Shown: positions 13,528 through 24,176 of the stretch, piece by piece | Layout: each line of letters starts with the position of its first letter | How positions within the stretch are numbered: the stretch's first letter is position 1 | Source of the DNA: Lama guanicoe | Taxonomy: Eukaryota | Assembly (NCBI GenBank): GCA_013239625.1 | Contig: MU053873.1 | Location: 1,192,524-1,256,523 of the forward strand | DNA length: 64,000 nt | Reading direction: 5' to 3' | Made by a program: the position numbers and the translations under genes | The notes under the pieces: model-generated | What the model was told of the DNA's origin: nothing | Databases searched by the model: none | Seen by the model: only the letters and a program-made list of their open reading frames with translations

Positions 13528-13849
13528 CTGTTGAAACAAATTAAAAAGTCAGTCAGTTGAGAAACTGAGTTTGTGCGTTCAGTATCTACTTTCTCTGGCT
13601 CTGATAATCTTGCGCACCCCACCCCTACCAGCTGCCCTCTTCCTTGCCGAGTGGGATGGATACACAGGTCCTAGGGTCAGTCAGGTAAATGCTGGATAAC
13701 TCAATTAGAGGTTGAAATCTAAACTTCTCATTTGGTCAAGACCGTAGGCGATAAATTTGGGGGGGACCAGAGTAGGGAAAACGCATTCGGGGCGGGCACC
13801 GTGCTAAGCACTTAGTATTATGATCTCACTAGGAGCACCCATTTCTGTC

Positions 13850-14725
13850 TCAAGTTGCGGACGAGGAAACTCGGTGTCGAAAGGAGCTAAAAGTTACCAG
13901 CGGCAGCGGCCGCGCCGCGGTGTGGAGGGGAGCGAGGCGGCCCCGCGCCGAGGGCAAATCTAGACTTCGGTCGGCCCGGGTTCCCATCCCCGCGCAACCT
14001 GAGTGAGCTCCGGGCGGTTTCCTCCCTTGCCGGGCGCAGGCGGGCCGAGGTCTGAACCGGACTCCCGCGCGGTGCGACCTCGGGCGACTTGAGGTAACCG
14101 CCTGTGGGGCTCAGTCTCCTCATCTGCAGCCTGGGGCTGAGAAGCCCCCGTAGAGGGTCACGGGGAGAGTTAACGAGCCCGCGCCCACCCACCCGCCCGG
14201 CCGGCCGGCCGGCCGCCGGGCTCCTCACCGTCCGCGCGCCGCGCTCCCACCGGGGCTGCTCGGGGCGGCGCGGGGTCCCGACCGCGGGGCCAGCTCGGCG
14301 CCGTCCGCCCCCGGCGGGAAGGCCCGGCCAGGGAAGGCCGCCGGCGGCTGCAGGAAGTCCGAGCCGCCGCTCAGGGGAAGACCGCTGAAGGGCCGGCCGA
14401 GCGCCGCCATGGCCGGGGAGACGAGGAGGCTGCGCCCGCGTCCCCGGCCGCCCGCGTCGCCAGGCCCGGCAGCTGCGGCCACAGCGACTGCCGAGAGGCG
14501 CCCGCCTCTGAGCCCGCTTCCGACCCCACGTCACGCCTTCTAGAACCCTCCACCCCGGGCCGCCCCAGGGCACGCCGGGATTTGTTGTGTGTGGAGGCCT
14601 GCTGCCGCGAGGGATGCCGGGAGTTGCAGTTCTTGCAGACTAAGTAAGATGGCCGCTTCAGCGTCGTCTCCAGATCTCGAGGCTGGCCCTGGCCGACTTA
14701 AATTTAGGCGTCGGTTCGAATCCTC
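13850..14725. promoter_or_regulatory. CCDC117: CpG island / CCDC117 promoter
   Basis: Very high GC and CpG density. Motifs: TGACGTGG (- strand, 14526-14533), TTCTAGAA (14538-14545), two ACTACA-TCCC-like ZNF143/M4 motifs (- strand, about 14571-14588 and 14611-14630), YY1-like AAGATGGCCG (14646-14655). Confidence 0.85.
14229..14410 (-). CDS. CCDC117: CCDC117 coding exon 1
   Basis: gccATGG Kozak start at 14410; MAALGRPFSGLPLSGGSDFLQPP...GSAARG; donor gtgag. The five exons sum to 834 nt (277 aa plus stop). Confidence 0.96.
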
Positions 14726-14880
14726 ACTCTGCAAGTTATGTAACTTCTGTACCTCAGTTTTCTCAGGAGTAAAACCCGAAAATAGTAGTACCTGTGTTCA
14801 TAAGGTTGATGGGAGAAGTAAATGAATGAAAATATCCAGAGCCCTTAGAACACTGCTTGGCACCTAGTACACATTGAAAA
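14710..14880 (+). mobile_element. MIR SINE with intact B-box
   Basis: GGTTCGAATCC followed by MIR core-like sequence (acctcagttttctc...cttagaacactgcttggcacctagta). Confidence 0.7.
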
Positions 14881-15804
14881 TCGGCCGCTTTTTCCTCCTA
14901 TGTTTGAACCTAAATGAAGTTGGTGATGCCTTAGAGGGAACAGCGTGGAGGATCAGGGCAAACCTCTTGTGAGAAACACTGGCAAGCCTTCCAGCCTCTG
15001 TCTGGGGCATCCACTGGCAAAGGCTGGCCAGAGGGGCTAGCACAGTTGGTTACTCCAACCACCGACCATGTCCATCCATCTCAGGAAAGGGCACCATCAC
15101 CTAGTATGAATGGCTAATGCCAAAATCAATGCCCTTCAGCCAATGACCGTCAGGAACGCACGTACGATAGAACAAAGATGGGTTTATCAGCTTACTGCAG
15201 TGAGGGAGTGTCTCAGTGAGAGGGTGTTAGAAAAGGTTTCCTACAGGATTTGGGTGTATCCATAGGCGATTTGGGGTAAGGTTCAATAAAGCAGGGCTTT
15301 GCTCTGGAGTTAATGCCGTCAGGAAGCAGGGATAATTCTGTGGGTATCATAGTCAATCTCTTCTAGAAGGTGGATGGAAGGAAGGAAGGAAGGAAAGAAG
15401 GAGGGGAGGCTAAGCCTGTAATTGGAACAGCCGGGATGGGAGATGTTTGGTCATTTTTAAGGCTTGGACAATGTTTACACTTTTTTTTTCTTTTATGTGT
15501 TTGTCAAGTTGTTCCAGCACCACTTAATAAAAAGACTATCCTTTCTCAACTGCTTTGCCTTCCTAACTTTTTACAAAACGGTTGTCCAAATATGTGTAGT
15601 TCTATTTTTGGACTCTATTCTATTCTCTGATCTATATGTCTATTTATGCTAACATCACACTGTTCTGATTATTGTAGCTTCATAATAATTCTTGAAATCA
15701 GATAGTGTTAGCCTGTTCACTTTATTATTTTTTAAATCTTTTTTGATAATTTTAGGTCCTTTGTATTTCCATATGAATTTTTATTACTTATTTATTAATT
15801 TATT

Positions 15805-15925
15805 TATGAGGGTAGGTAATTAGGTTTATTTACCTATTTATTTTAGTGGAAGTACTGGGAATTGAACCTGGGACCTCCTGCATGCTAGGCATGCTCTCTG
15901 CCACTGAGCTCTAGACTACTTCCAC
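15805..15925 (-). mobile_element. tRNA-derived SINE (Vic-1-like)
   Basis: ggtaattaggtttattt...gtactgggaattgaacctgggacc...ccactgagct. Confidence 0.78.
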
Positions 15926-16394
15926 AACGTTTACATTTTTGTCTGTGTTCAGACATGATTACAAAGTGGCCTTGTTTTTATCTTGATCCATCAAGGTCGC
16001 ACCTCAGTCCTTGTTTAATGTTGATATTATGTGAAATTGTTTAATAGGAAACAACAGGGTCCACCTAATAATAATACCAGGTCAGTTTCAGCTGTCAGAA
16101 GATGCTTTTCTCTTTCTGACCAAAAACCTAAGCATCATTTTTTTGTGGGTTTTTTAAATTGAAGTATAGCTGATTTATAATGTGTTAATTTCTGGTGTAC
16201 AGTATAGTGATTTATTTATATATATTCCTTTATATTTGAATATATATATATATAATTCCTTTTCATATTCTTTTTCATTATAGGCCATTACAGAGTATTG
16301 AATATAGTTCCTTGTGCTATTGTTTATCTATTTTATACATAGTAGTTAGTACCTACAAATTCTGAACTCTCAATTTACCCCTTTCCACCCCCAG

Positions 16395-16519
16395 ACACTG
16401 AATCTACTGGTGCTTTGATCTCAGATTTCCCAGCCTCCAGAACTGTGAGCATAACTTTCTGTTGTTTATACACCACCCAGTCTATGATATTTGTTATATC
16501 AGCTGAATAGACTAAGACA
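16395..16519 (+). mobile_element. MLT1 (MaLR) LTR 3' fragment
   Basis: cagcctccagaactgtgag...ttctgttgttta...gactaagaca. Confidence 0.65.
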
Positions 16520-16856
16520 TGAGGTTAAAAACAAGAGGCCAAAAGAAGCAGACAATACCAGCAGCAAGCATTTATTGAGCACTTACTATGTACTAGGCAT
16601 GGTTCTGAGTTGCACCACTTCGTGTCAGCTCCACCTCAGCTCTGTACAACAGTGTTAATATTACCACTTTGCAGAATAAGAAGCTAAGATTCAGAGAGGT
16701 GAAGGACCAAGCTCAAGGTCTCACAGTTAGTAATGATGGTTCTGGAAAGATTTGACTGATTTCAAAGACAGGAATATCATCACTGCTTTCCACAAGCAAA
16801 TAGAAACTTTTTTTCCTGCTGAGTGCCCCCAAAATACATTTTCAAGGAAAGATCCC

Positions 16857-17351
16857 AGTATTAGTCAGGATTCTCCAGAGAAACAGAACGAACAGGATAC
16901 ATAGAGAAATATATAAAAGAAGATGGGAATCACTTGCTTATGGAAGCCTGGAAGTCCCACAATCTGCTGTCTGCAGCTAGAGAACCAGAAAGCCAATGAT
17001 GTAATTCAGCCAGAATCTGAAGCCCTGTGAATCAGGTGGTCTGATGGTGTAAGTCCTGAGTCAGAAAGCTTGAGAACTAGGAGCACTGACATCCAAGGGC
17101 AGAAGGCAGATGTCTCAGCTCCAGCAGAAAAAGAGCCAATCTGCCCTTCCTTCTTTTTGTTCTATTAGAGCCCTCAGTGGATTGGGTGATGCCCATCCAC
17201 ATCGGAGAGCCATCTGCATTACTCAGTTCCCCAGTTCAAGTTCTAATCTCTTCCAGAAACGTCTTCAGAGGCACACCAAGAAATAATGTTTTACCAGCTA
17301 TCCGGGCATCCCTTAGCCTAGTCAAGCTGCCACATAAAATTAAACATCACA
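16857..17351 (-). mobile_element. MLT2-like (ERVL) solo LTR
   Basis: gtattagtcaggattctccagagaaacagaac...gtcaagctgccacataaaattaaacatcaca. Confidence 0.75.
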
Positions 17352-18270
17352 GTCCCTAAGGAATTAATGTTCCTGCTTTAAAAGGGACAACCACCATGCT
17401 TGTCAAGGTTGGAGGGAAAGCTATACCTTCAGGTGTTGCCAATGACATTGCAAATAGGTGAGCCCCTTCTCAAAAGTAGCATTTGTTCTCAGATCATCAA
17501 AGTTTTGGTGTATTATGGCTACAGCTATGGAAAAAAACATGTGTGCATATGATGATAAAAAGGGATGTAATATGTAAATAGGAAATACTGAGGGTTAGGG
17601 TTAGGAAAAAAAAAAAACCAAAACCTACAACTGATAGCACACTAAATTGTGGAAAGCTGAATGTTTGCCCTGAAGATTGAAAATAAGACAAAGACGTCTA
17701 GTCTCACCATTTCTATTCAACATTGTACTGGAGGGTCTAGCCAGAGCAATTAGACATCCAGATTGAAAAGGAAGAAGTAAAATCAGATAGCATGATTTTA
17801 ACTATAGGAAGGTTCAAGAAGTCTGCTATAAAACTATTGGAACTAATACTGTGTTCAGCAAGGTTGTAGTTTACAGCTCAATATTTTAAAAATAGTAAAA
17901 TATTTAAATTAAAAAATTAAAAAACCAATTGTATTTCTATACACTAGCAATAAATAATCTGAAAATGACATTAAGAAAGTAATTCCGTTTACAATAGCAT
18001 CAGAAAGAATAAAATACTTAGGAATAACTCTAATAAAACAAGCACATGACTTATACTGAAATTACAAAACACAGGTGAAAGAAATGAATGATGATGTAAA
18101 TAAATGAAAAGATTGCCCATTCTCATGAAGCAGAAGACTTAATATTGTTGTTTTAATATTGAATACTCCCCACATTGAACCACAGATTCAATGCAATCGT
18201 TACAAAAATTCTGACTTTTTGGGGGGCAGATATTGACAAACTGATTATAAAGTTCATACAGAAATGCAAG

Positions 18271-18636
18271 TGTTGTATAGTAGAGAATTTGACTGGCCTT
18301 TGTCTAAATCCTTGGAATTTCTGGAGTAATAGATGTGTCTTTGTTGTTCTTGATCTCCTTGGATCACTCCTGAGTTTATGCTAATAAATGAGGTGACACC
18401 AGGTGAGGGCATTTATTGAGTTCTGTGAATCATTCTAGTGAATTTTTGAGAGGGGTGATAGGACCTGTCTGGATTTGTAGCTAATCTGTTATACTTATAG
18501 ATGGCCTGGGGACCCCACTTGAGGTTGTCATCTAAAATTAGGGCACACTTGTTGGACCTAATCCTGTGTCCTTAAACTTGTGGAATCTGATCCTAACTAT
18601 CAGTGGTTAGTGTCAGAATTATACTGCAGTATTACA
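18271..18636 (+). mobile_element. MER21/MER77-like LTR (internally deleted)
   Basis: TG...CA ends; ccttggaatttctggagtaatag, cctgagtttatgctaat..gaggtgac, gttagtgtcagaatt. Confidence 0.6.
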
Positions 18637-18719
18637 TTGACGTCAGAATAGCAAGGGACCCAGAAAGCCAAACAATCTTAAAAAGGAAGAATCATGTTTG
18701 TGGACTCAGCCTCTTTCCT

Positions 18720-19235
18720 GTGATGAGGAAAACACACAGAATTCCTAGTTGCTGTCCCTGCTCACACCCAAAGTCTGAACATTTAGATAAGGACTTGAGT
18801 TTAGGATGTCCACTGTTCAGTTCCCACTTTGCTTTTCACCTTTTAAAGTGACCACTTAAGAGTTAAGCCTATAAATATGTTAGTGACCTCTGCCCCAGTT
18901 ACCTTCTAAGTAATAGATGCCTGCTACCCTACTTTCTATCTCCTGCTCACCCCTGACCTGGGACAGAGGACTGCCCCTCCCCTGGTTCGTTGCAAACCGC
19001 AACCCCTTTCTGGGATCTATAAGTAAAAAATTCTTGTGACTTTACCTCCTTTGTGTGGATATACTGAAACTGTGCCTTCAATCAAATTGACCCTATGGGT
19101 TTCATTTCCCCGAAGTGGGAGCTCAGATGCTGAAGGAACTAAACAGGGACCCTTGCGGATGGCTTGTGCCCCCTTATTCAGCAGGTCATAATCTGCATAT
19201 TCTTGATTCAATACCCTGGCTCTGGCTTCTCAACA
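18720..19235 (+). mobile_element. LTR-like insertion, family not determined
   Basis: About 515 bp of non-L1 sequence with TG...CA ends splitting the L1 motif ggactca|cactttcc. Confidence 0.45.
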
Positions 19236-19289
19236 CACTTTCCAATTTCAAAACAGTATAGTAATGACATGAGGTTAGACATATAGATC

Positions 19290-19952
19290 TGAGACAGGAG
19301 GGAAGGGGGCAGGGCACAGCCATTCAAGGAAGGAAAGCAATTGACACAAAAATGGTGGAAGATTCAACTCCCGTTTGGCCTTGAGGATTAAGATGGCGGG
19401 AGGTTTGACTTAAAGTAGACCTTGAGCTTTATTATATGCTCATTGTAACATATTAGTGTGATAAATAACATGCCCACAGGCGCCATGACAGTCCCAAGGC
19501 TAAGGGCAAAAGGCCAAAGAGTGGGCAGTGGCCAAATTCCTGGGAATCCCAGCCCCTTCCCCAGGGTAGTTGGAATGGTTCCACCTGTAGGCATGTGAAG
19601 CTACTGAGCCCATAAAAACTGGCAACACCACGCCTGGCTGCCCTTTTTTGCTCCCTCCTCTTCAGAGATTGCTTGCACTCTGTCTATGGAGTGTGTACCT
19701 ACTTTTACTTTAACCTGAGCACCCAAATCCCACACCTCTTTCCTTGCCTTTCCCTTTCCTTTTGAAACAGCCTACACTCTATGCAGTATGTATCTCTCTA
19801 AAGAAATCTACCTTTATTCAACTGTGGCTCGCTCTTGAATTCTTTCCTGTGTGAAGCCAAGGACCTACAAGTTGGCAGGGCTTGTTCCAGAAGCTCAACC
19901 GAGACCTGGGACATGGGCCTCCTCATGCCCTACATCTGTTTTTCCTGCATCA
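19290..19952 (+). mobile_element. MER41-like ERV1 solo LTR
   Basis: TG...CA termini; exact 4-bp TSD GATC (19286-19289 and 19953-19956); MER41-type motifs aagatggcg, cccacaggcgccatgacagt, ctctgtctatggag, gctcgctcttgaattctttcctg. Confidence 0.85.
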
Positions 19953-20588
19953 GATCTATAGAACAGAATTCAGGATTCAAAAATAATATATCCTCACATT
20001 TATGATCAATTGATTTTCAACAAAGGTGCCAAGACAATTCAATGAGGGGAAAATAGACTTTTCTTTTCTTTTTTTAATTGAAGTACAGTCAGTTATGATG
20101 TGTCAATTTCTGGTATACAATGCAATGTCCCAGTCATGCATATACATACATATATAGGCTTTTCAACTAATGATATTGGGACAATTGGCTAGCCACTTGC
20201 AAAAGAATGAGGTTGGACCTCTTTACACCATATACAAAAATTAACTCAAAATGGATTATTTACCTAAATGTAGGAGCTAAAAATATAAAACTTGCAGATG
20301 AAAACATTTAGAAGTAAATGTTTGTGACCTTGGGTTAGGTAATGGTTTCTTAGACATGACACCAAAAGGATAAGTAATAAACAAAAGACTGGTAAGCTGG
20401 GCTTCATCAGAATTAAATAATTATGTGGTTCAAAGGATATCATCCATAAAGTGAAAAGACAACTCATAAAACAGGAGAAAATATTTGCAAATCACATGTC
20501 CATTAAAGGACTTGTATCCAGAATATGCAAAAAAAAATTCTTACAACTCAACAATAAAAAGACAACCCAGTTTTTAAATGGGCAGAGG

Positions 20589-20720
20589 TGGGTTGGGGTG
20601 TATAGCTCAGTGCTAGAGTGCTTGCTTAGCATGCACAAGGTCCTGGGTTCAATCCCCAGTACCTCCATGAAAAAATAAATAAACCTAATTACCTCCCCCC
20701 AGATAGGAAAAAAAAAAAAG
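20589..20720 (+). mobile_element. tRNA-derived SINE (Vic-1-like)
   Basis: ggggtgtatagctcagtgctagagtgcttgcttagcatgcacaaggtcctgggttcaatccccagtacctcc; A tail; TSD-like taaatgggca on both sides. Confidence 0.88.
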
Positions 20721-21185
20721 AATATAAATGGGCAAAGGGTGTGAAAAGACACTTCTTCCAAAAAGATTTACAAATGCCTAGAAAGTACATGAAAATATGT
20801 TCAACATCAATAGTCAGAAATGCAAATCAAAATGACAATGAGATGCCACTTTATACCTATTAGGATGGATAAAATTTAAAAGACAATGAAAAGTTTTTGC
20901 TAGAGTGTGGGGAAATTAGACTCTTCACACTCTGCTGGTAAGATGTAAGTGTTACATCCACTTTGGGAAACAGTTTGGCAGTTCCTCAACAGATTAAGCA
21001 TAGAGTTACCGTATGACCCAGAAGTTCCACTCCTAGGCATATACCCAAGAAAAATGAAAATATATGTCCACACGAAAATGCGTACATTTATCCTAAGTGA
21101 AAGAAGCTAGTCACTAAATGGCAAGGTCCTACTGTACAGCAATGGGAACTATACTCAGTATTTTGTAATAACCTGTAATGGAAAA

Positions 21186-21220
<35 letters not shown>

Positions 21221-22917
21221 ACTGAATCACTTTGCTGTACACCAGAAACTAACACAACATTGTAAATCAACTATACTTCAATTAAATATATATATATACA
21301 CACAATTTGTAATGTAACTTCTTCTCCCTTCCTTAGTCCACTGGGTAAACTCTGATTTTTTACCTTTGCTGTCCTCTCATCAGCTCCTCTGCAAAGTCTA
21401 TCCTGCCTCTCCCCTTTCCCCAACAGATCAGATCCCCAACCTTTACAACCTCATTCATCCTTAATTACTTCCCTAGAGGTACCACCTCCAAAAACAGCCA
21501 CACCGGGGGTTAGGGCTTCAGTATAAGACTTTTTTGGGGGGGGCACATTCAGTCCATAACCCTAGGCCTGTCTGACAGCAGAGCAGACAGTCATAAATTA
21601 GTCAACACCACTGGTTTGTTCTGATACCATATTAGGAGCAATGTGGGGTTGGGAGGTGGGTGCTTAATTTCCTTTACTTGGTCAGAAACTAATCCAAATA
21701 GGGCTGGGAACCTTTCAGAGGTCTAGAAGCCTCCCTCCCATAGGGCTTTGTCAAGGAACACTTGAAAGTGTTCCTGGATTTAGAAGTCCAGCTAAACTTG
21801 GAGTTTATACTAAAAGGGAAAGAATTTGGAAGAAAAGGGGAAAAAAAGAAGTAATCCCACTGACTCAGATGCCATGTCTCAGAAACAAAGTCTTTATAAA
21901 TTTATTCCCCAAATCAGACATGCTTGGCTGTGGTCTTTCCAGGTGATGGCAACAGGTAAAGGAAAGTTTCTTTGAAGTTCCTCCAAAGACATTGAACCAA
22001 ATTCATCTATTTGATTTGTTTTTGTGGTCCAATTGTTTTGGTGTTGATCATTGTTCTGAAGGACAGAAGATTGTCTTACAGGAGTATTTCAAACACTCCT
22101 TTCATTTCCTCTGCCTTTGCAGAAGCACCCAATCTAATCAGGACATTTGCTTGCTTTGTAATTATTTAAAGGATTCCCTGTGTGTGTTCAGACAAGTAAC
22201 TCATTTTCCTTGTAAATGGTGAGGGGGTTGGAGATTGTACTGATATTCCCAAGGACTATGGAGCCCGACAGCTGCTGCAGAGTATTTGCCTTCAGAAGAT
22301 CCGTTAATCCTAAAATGTTAACTAACCGAGTATAACTGGATCAGGATTCACAAGATATAAATTCTCAGGCAATGACGGGGGAAGATGCAAAGGAGCTGCA
22401 GTTTGAAGCCCTAGGAGTAGTATTTAAACCTTGGTTCAGAACCCTGAATTTTTTTAATTATAAACAAGAAATTGCCTCCAAGAGTTTGAATGTTGTTTCT
22501 CGGAATGTTTTAATCAGAATGTTCTATTTTAATCTTCCTTGATCCGGAGACTTAAAAAAAATTTTTTTTCTTCTGGAATTGAATCAAGAACTTAAACTGA
22601 ATTTCGAAAGATCCAAAAGCGGAAGGGAAACTGCTTCGGGTGACCGACCGGAGAGCATCAAATGTCCAGGAAGAAATGAAAAGTGCTCCACTCCACCAAG
22701 ATGGAGCTGAAAATATGGTTAAGGTTTAATACCAGACTAATTCTTGATAATATGATCTATATTTTATGTAGATAAAATGTATTTATTTTATGTATTTAAG
22801 TGTAGGCCAAAGAGAACCTTAGGCAGCTTTGCATGGTTCCCAAAGAGAATGCCCTGAAGGTCACACCAAAAAGGGGACTGATGGTCATGCCACCAGAAGG
22901 AAGATTTGGTTCTAGAG

Positions 22918-23078
22918 CAGAGGGTGGCAAACCCATGTCAAATCCAGCCCACCGCTTGTTTAGTAAACAACGCGCTGAATGGCAGAGTTGTGCAGCTGCA
23001 ACCGAGGCCATACAAGCCTACAGAGTCTGAAATATTTACTGTCTGGCCCTTTGCAGAAAAAGTTTGCCAATGCCCTCC
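22918..23078. mobile_element. MER58A-like hAT-Charlie element
   Basis: gggtggcaaac...aaatatttactgtctggccctttgcagaaaaagtttgcc. Confidence 0.7.
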
Positions 23079-23330
23079 CCTCCAGGGCCTCAAGTTGGCC
23101 CCATTCCCGCCTCCTTATCCATGGGCCTAGATGGGGCACAGGGTGTATCAAATATCCCATGGAGAACTGACCACTCAAACTCTGGCTAGGCTGTGCTTCC
23201 ACTGACATGACAGGCTTTGCTGTCACTAATGCTTGAGCCACAGGTTTAATTAAGATGATAAAAGCGGTTGAAGCCCATTTAGTTTCAATGAGCAGAGGCT
23301 GGAAAAGAAATATATAAGAACTTTATTTTT

Positions 23331-23424
23331 GTTTGACTGAAACATTATGCTGTACACCAGGAACTGATATGACACTGTAGACTGACTACACATCAACAAA
23401 AAAAGAATGAAAAGAGAAAAAAAA
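23331..23424 (+). mobile_element. Short L1 3'-end insertion in the HSCB 3' end
   Basis: tgctgtacaccagg...actgactacacatcaacaaaaaaa matches the L1 3' end also seen at 21230-21285; flanked by a duplicated ctttattttt. Confidence 0.75.
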
Positions 23425-23459
23425 AACCTTTATTTTTAAAACTTTGAGATTAGCAACCA

Positions 23460-23551
23460 TTAGAGGGGAATCTTCTTTAACTTAATCTTTTCTTCAATGT
23501 TTGAAAAGTATCTCATCTTTGTTAAAAGTTCCTTGGCTTTTTCAAAATCAT
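23460..23551 (-). CDS. HSCB: HSCB exon 6 (last)
   Basis: Acceptor ctttatttcag; (D)DFEKAKELLTKMRYFSNIEEKIKLKKIPL*; TAA at 23462-23460. Confidence 0.96.
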
Positions 23552-23980
23552 CTGAAATAAAGAAAGACATTAATGTGAGGCTTTGTTTCTAGCAAGAATA
23601 AAGTCACTCTATTAACCTAGGCAGCTGGTTCAAAGCTGAGACCTGGGCTCTGGAGGGCTGACCAATTACGCAGTAAATCTGAGAGAGAGGGAAAGAGAGA
23701 GAGAGAGAGAGAACCCGTGGATTGTTCATGGGACAAAGGAATTAACCAAAAGGTAGCAAAAGCATGCCTGTTCATGGGATTCAGACTTTAAATGAGAAGC
23801 TGGTTCTCTTCAGGATAGTCCCCAATAAATGAGCCGTATTTTAAGAGTTTTCCTCTATCATACGTGGTGGTCTAGCCCTGATGAGGAGGTGGAAGCACTG
23901 GGCGCTTCCTCTGTGGCAGGTACTGAGGTACAGAGCTGCTCTCCGGAGGCTCATGGTTTCTGGGAAAGATGCCCTCAGAC

Positions 23981-24176
23981 CAGCGGTTCTTGACTGGGGA
24001 TGATTTTTTTTGCCTACAGGGATGTTTGGCAATGTCTGGGGACATTTTGGGTTGTCACACTGGGGAGGTGGTAATGACATCTAGTGGGCAGAGGCCAGAG
24101 GTGCTGCTACACAGCCCCCCATGACAAAGAACTATCTGGCTCAAAATGTTGGTAGTGCCAAGGTTGAGGAACCCTG
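23981..24176. mobile_element. MER20 (hAT-Charlie)
   Basis: cagcggttct...ttggcaatgtctggggacattttgggttgtcac...gccaaggttgaggaaccctg. Confidence 0.8.

Larger units (their letters stand above)
17570..21085 (+). mobile_element. Degenerate L1 (ORF2 3' half to 3' UTR) interrupted by three LTRs, a short young L1 3' end and a SINE
   Basis: L1 hallmarks (ttcaacattgtactggag...ctagccagagcaattagac; aaaatacttaggaataa; cacagattcaatgcaatc; tatgacccagaagttccactcctagg) resume collinearly across each insertion. Confidence 0.85.

Noticed and set aside
14411..14482. In-frame GTG-initiated 24-codon extension of CCDC117
   Set aside because: GC-rich leaders are often open by chance, and the ATG has a strong Kozak context. 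No supporting evidence.
13887..14825. Several long overlapping ORFs (up to 228 aa) around CCDC117 exon 1
   Set aside because: Expected in GC-rich CpG islands, where stop codons are rare. Only 14229-14410 fits the spliced gene.
20595..20670. tRNA-Ala-like sequence as a true tRNA gene
   Set aside because: It has a SINE 3' body, an A tail, a TSD and many diverged copies in the window.
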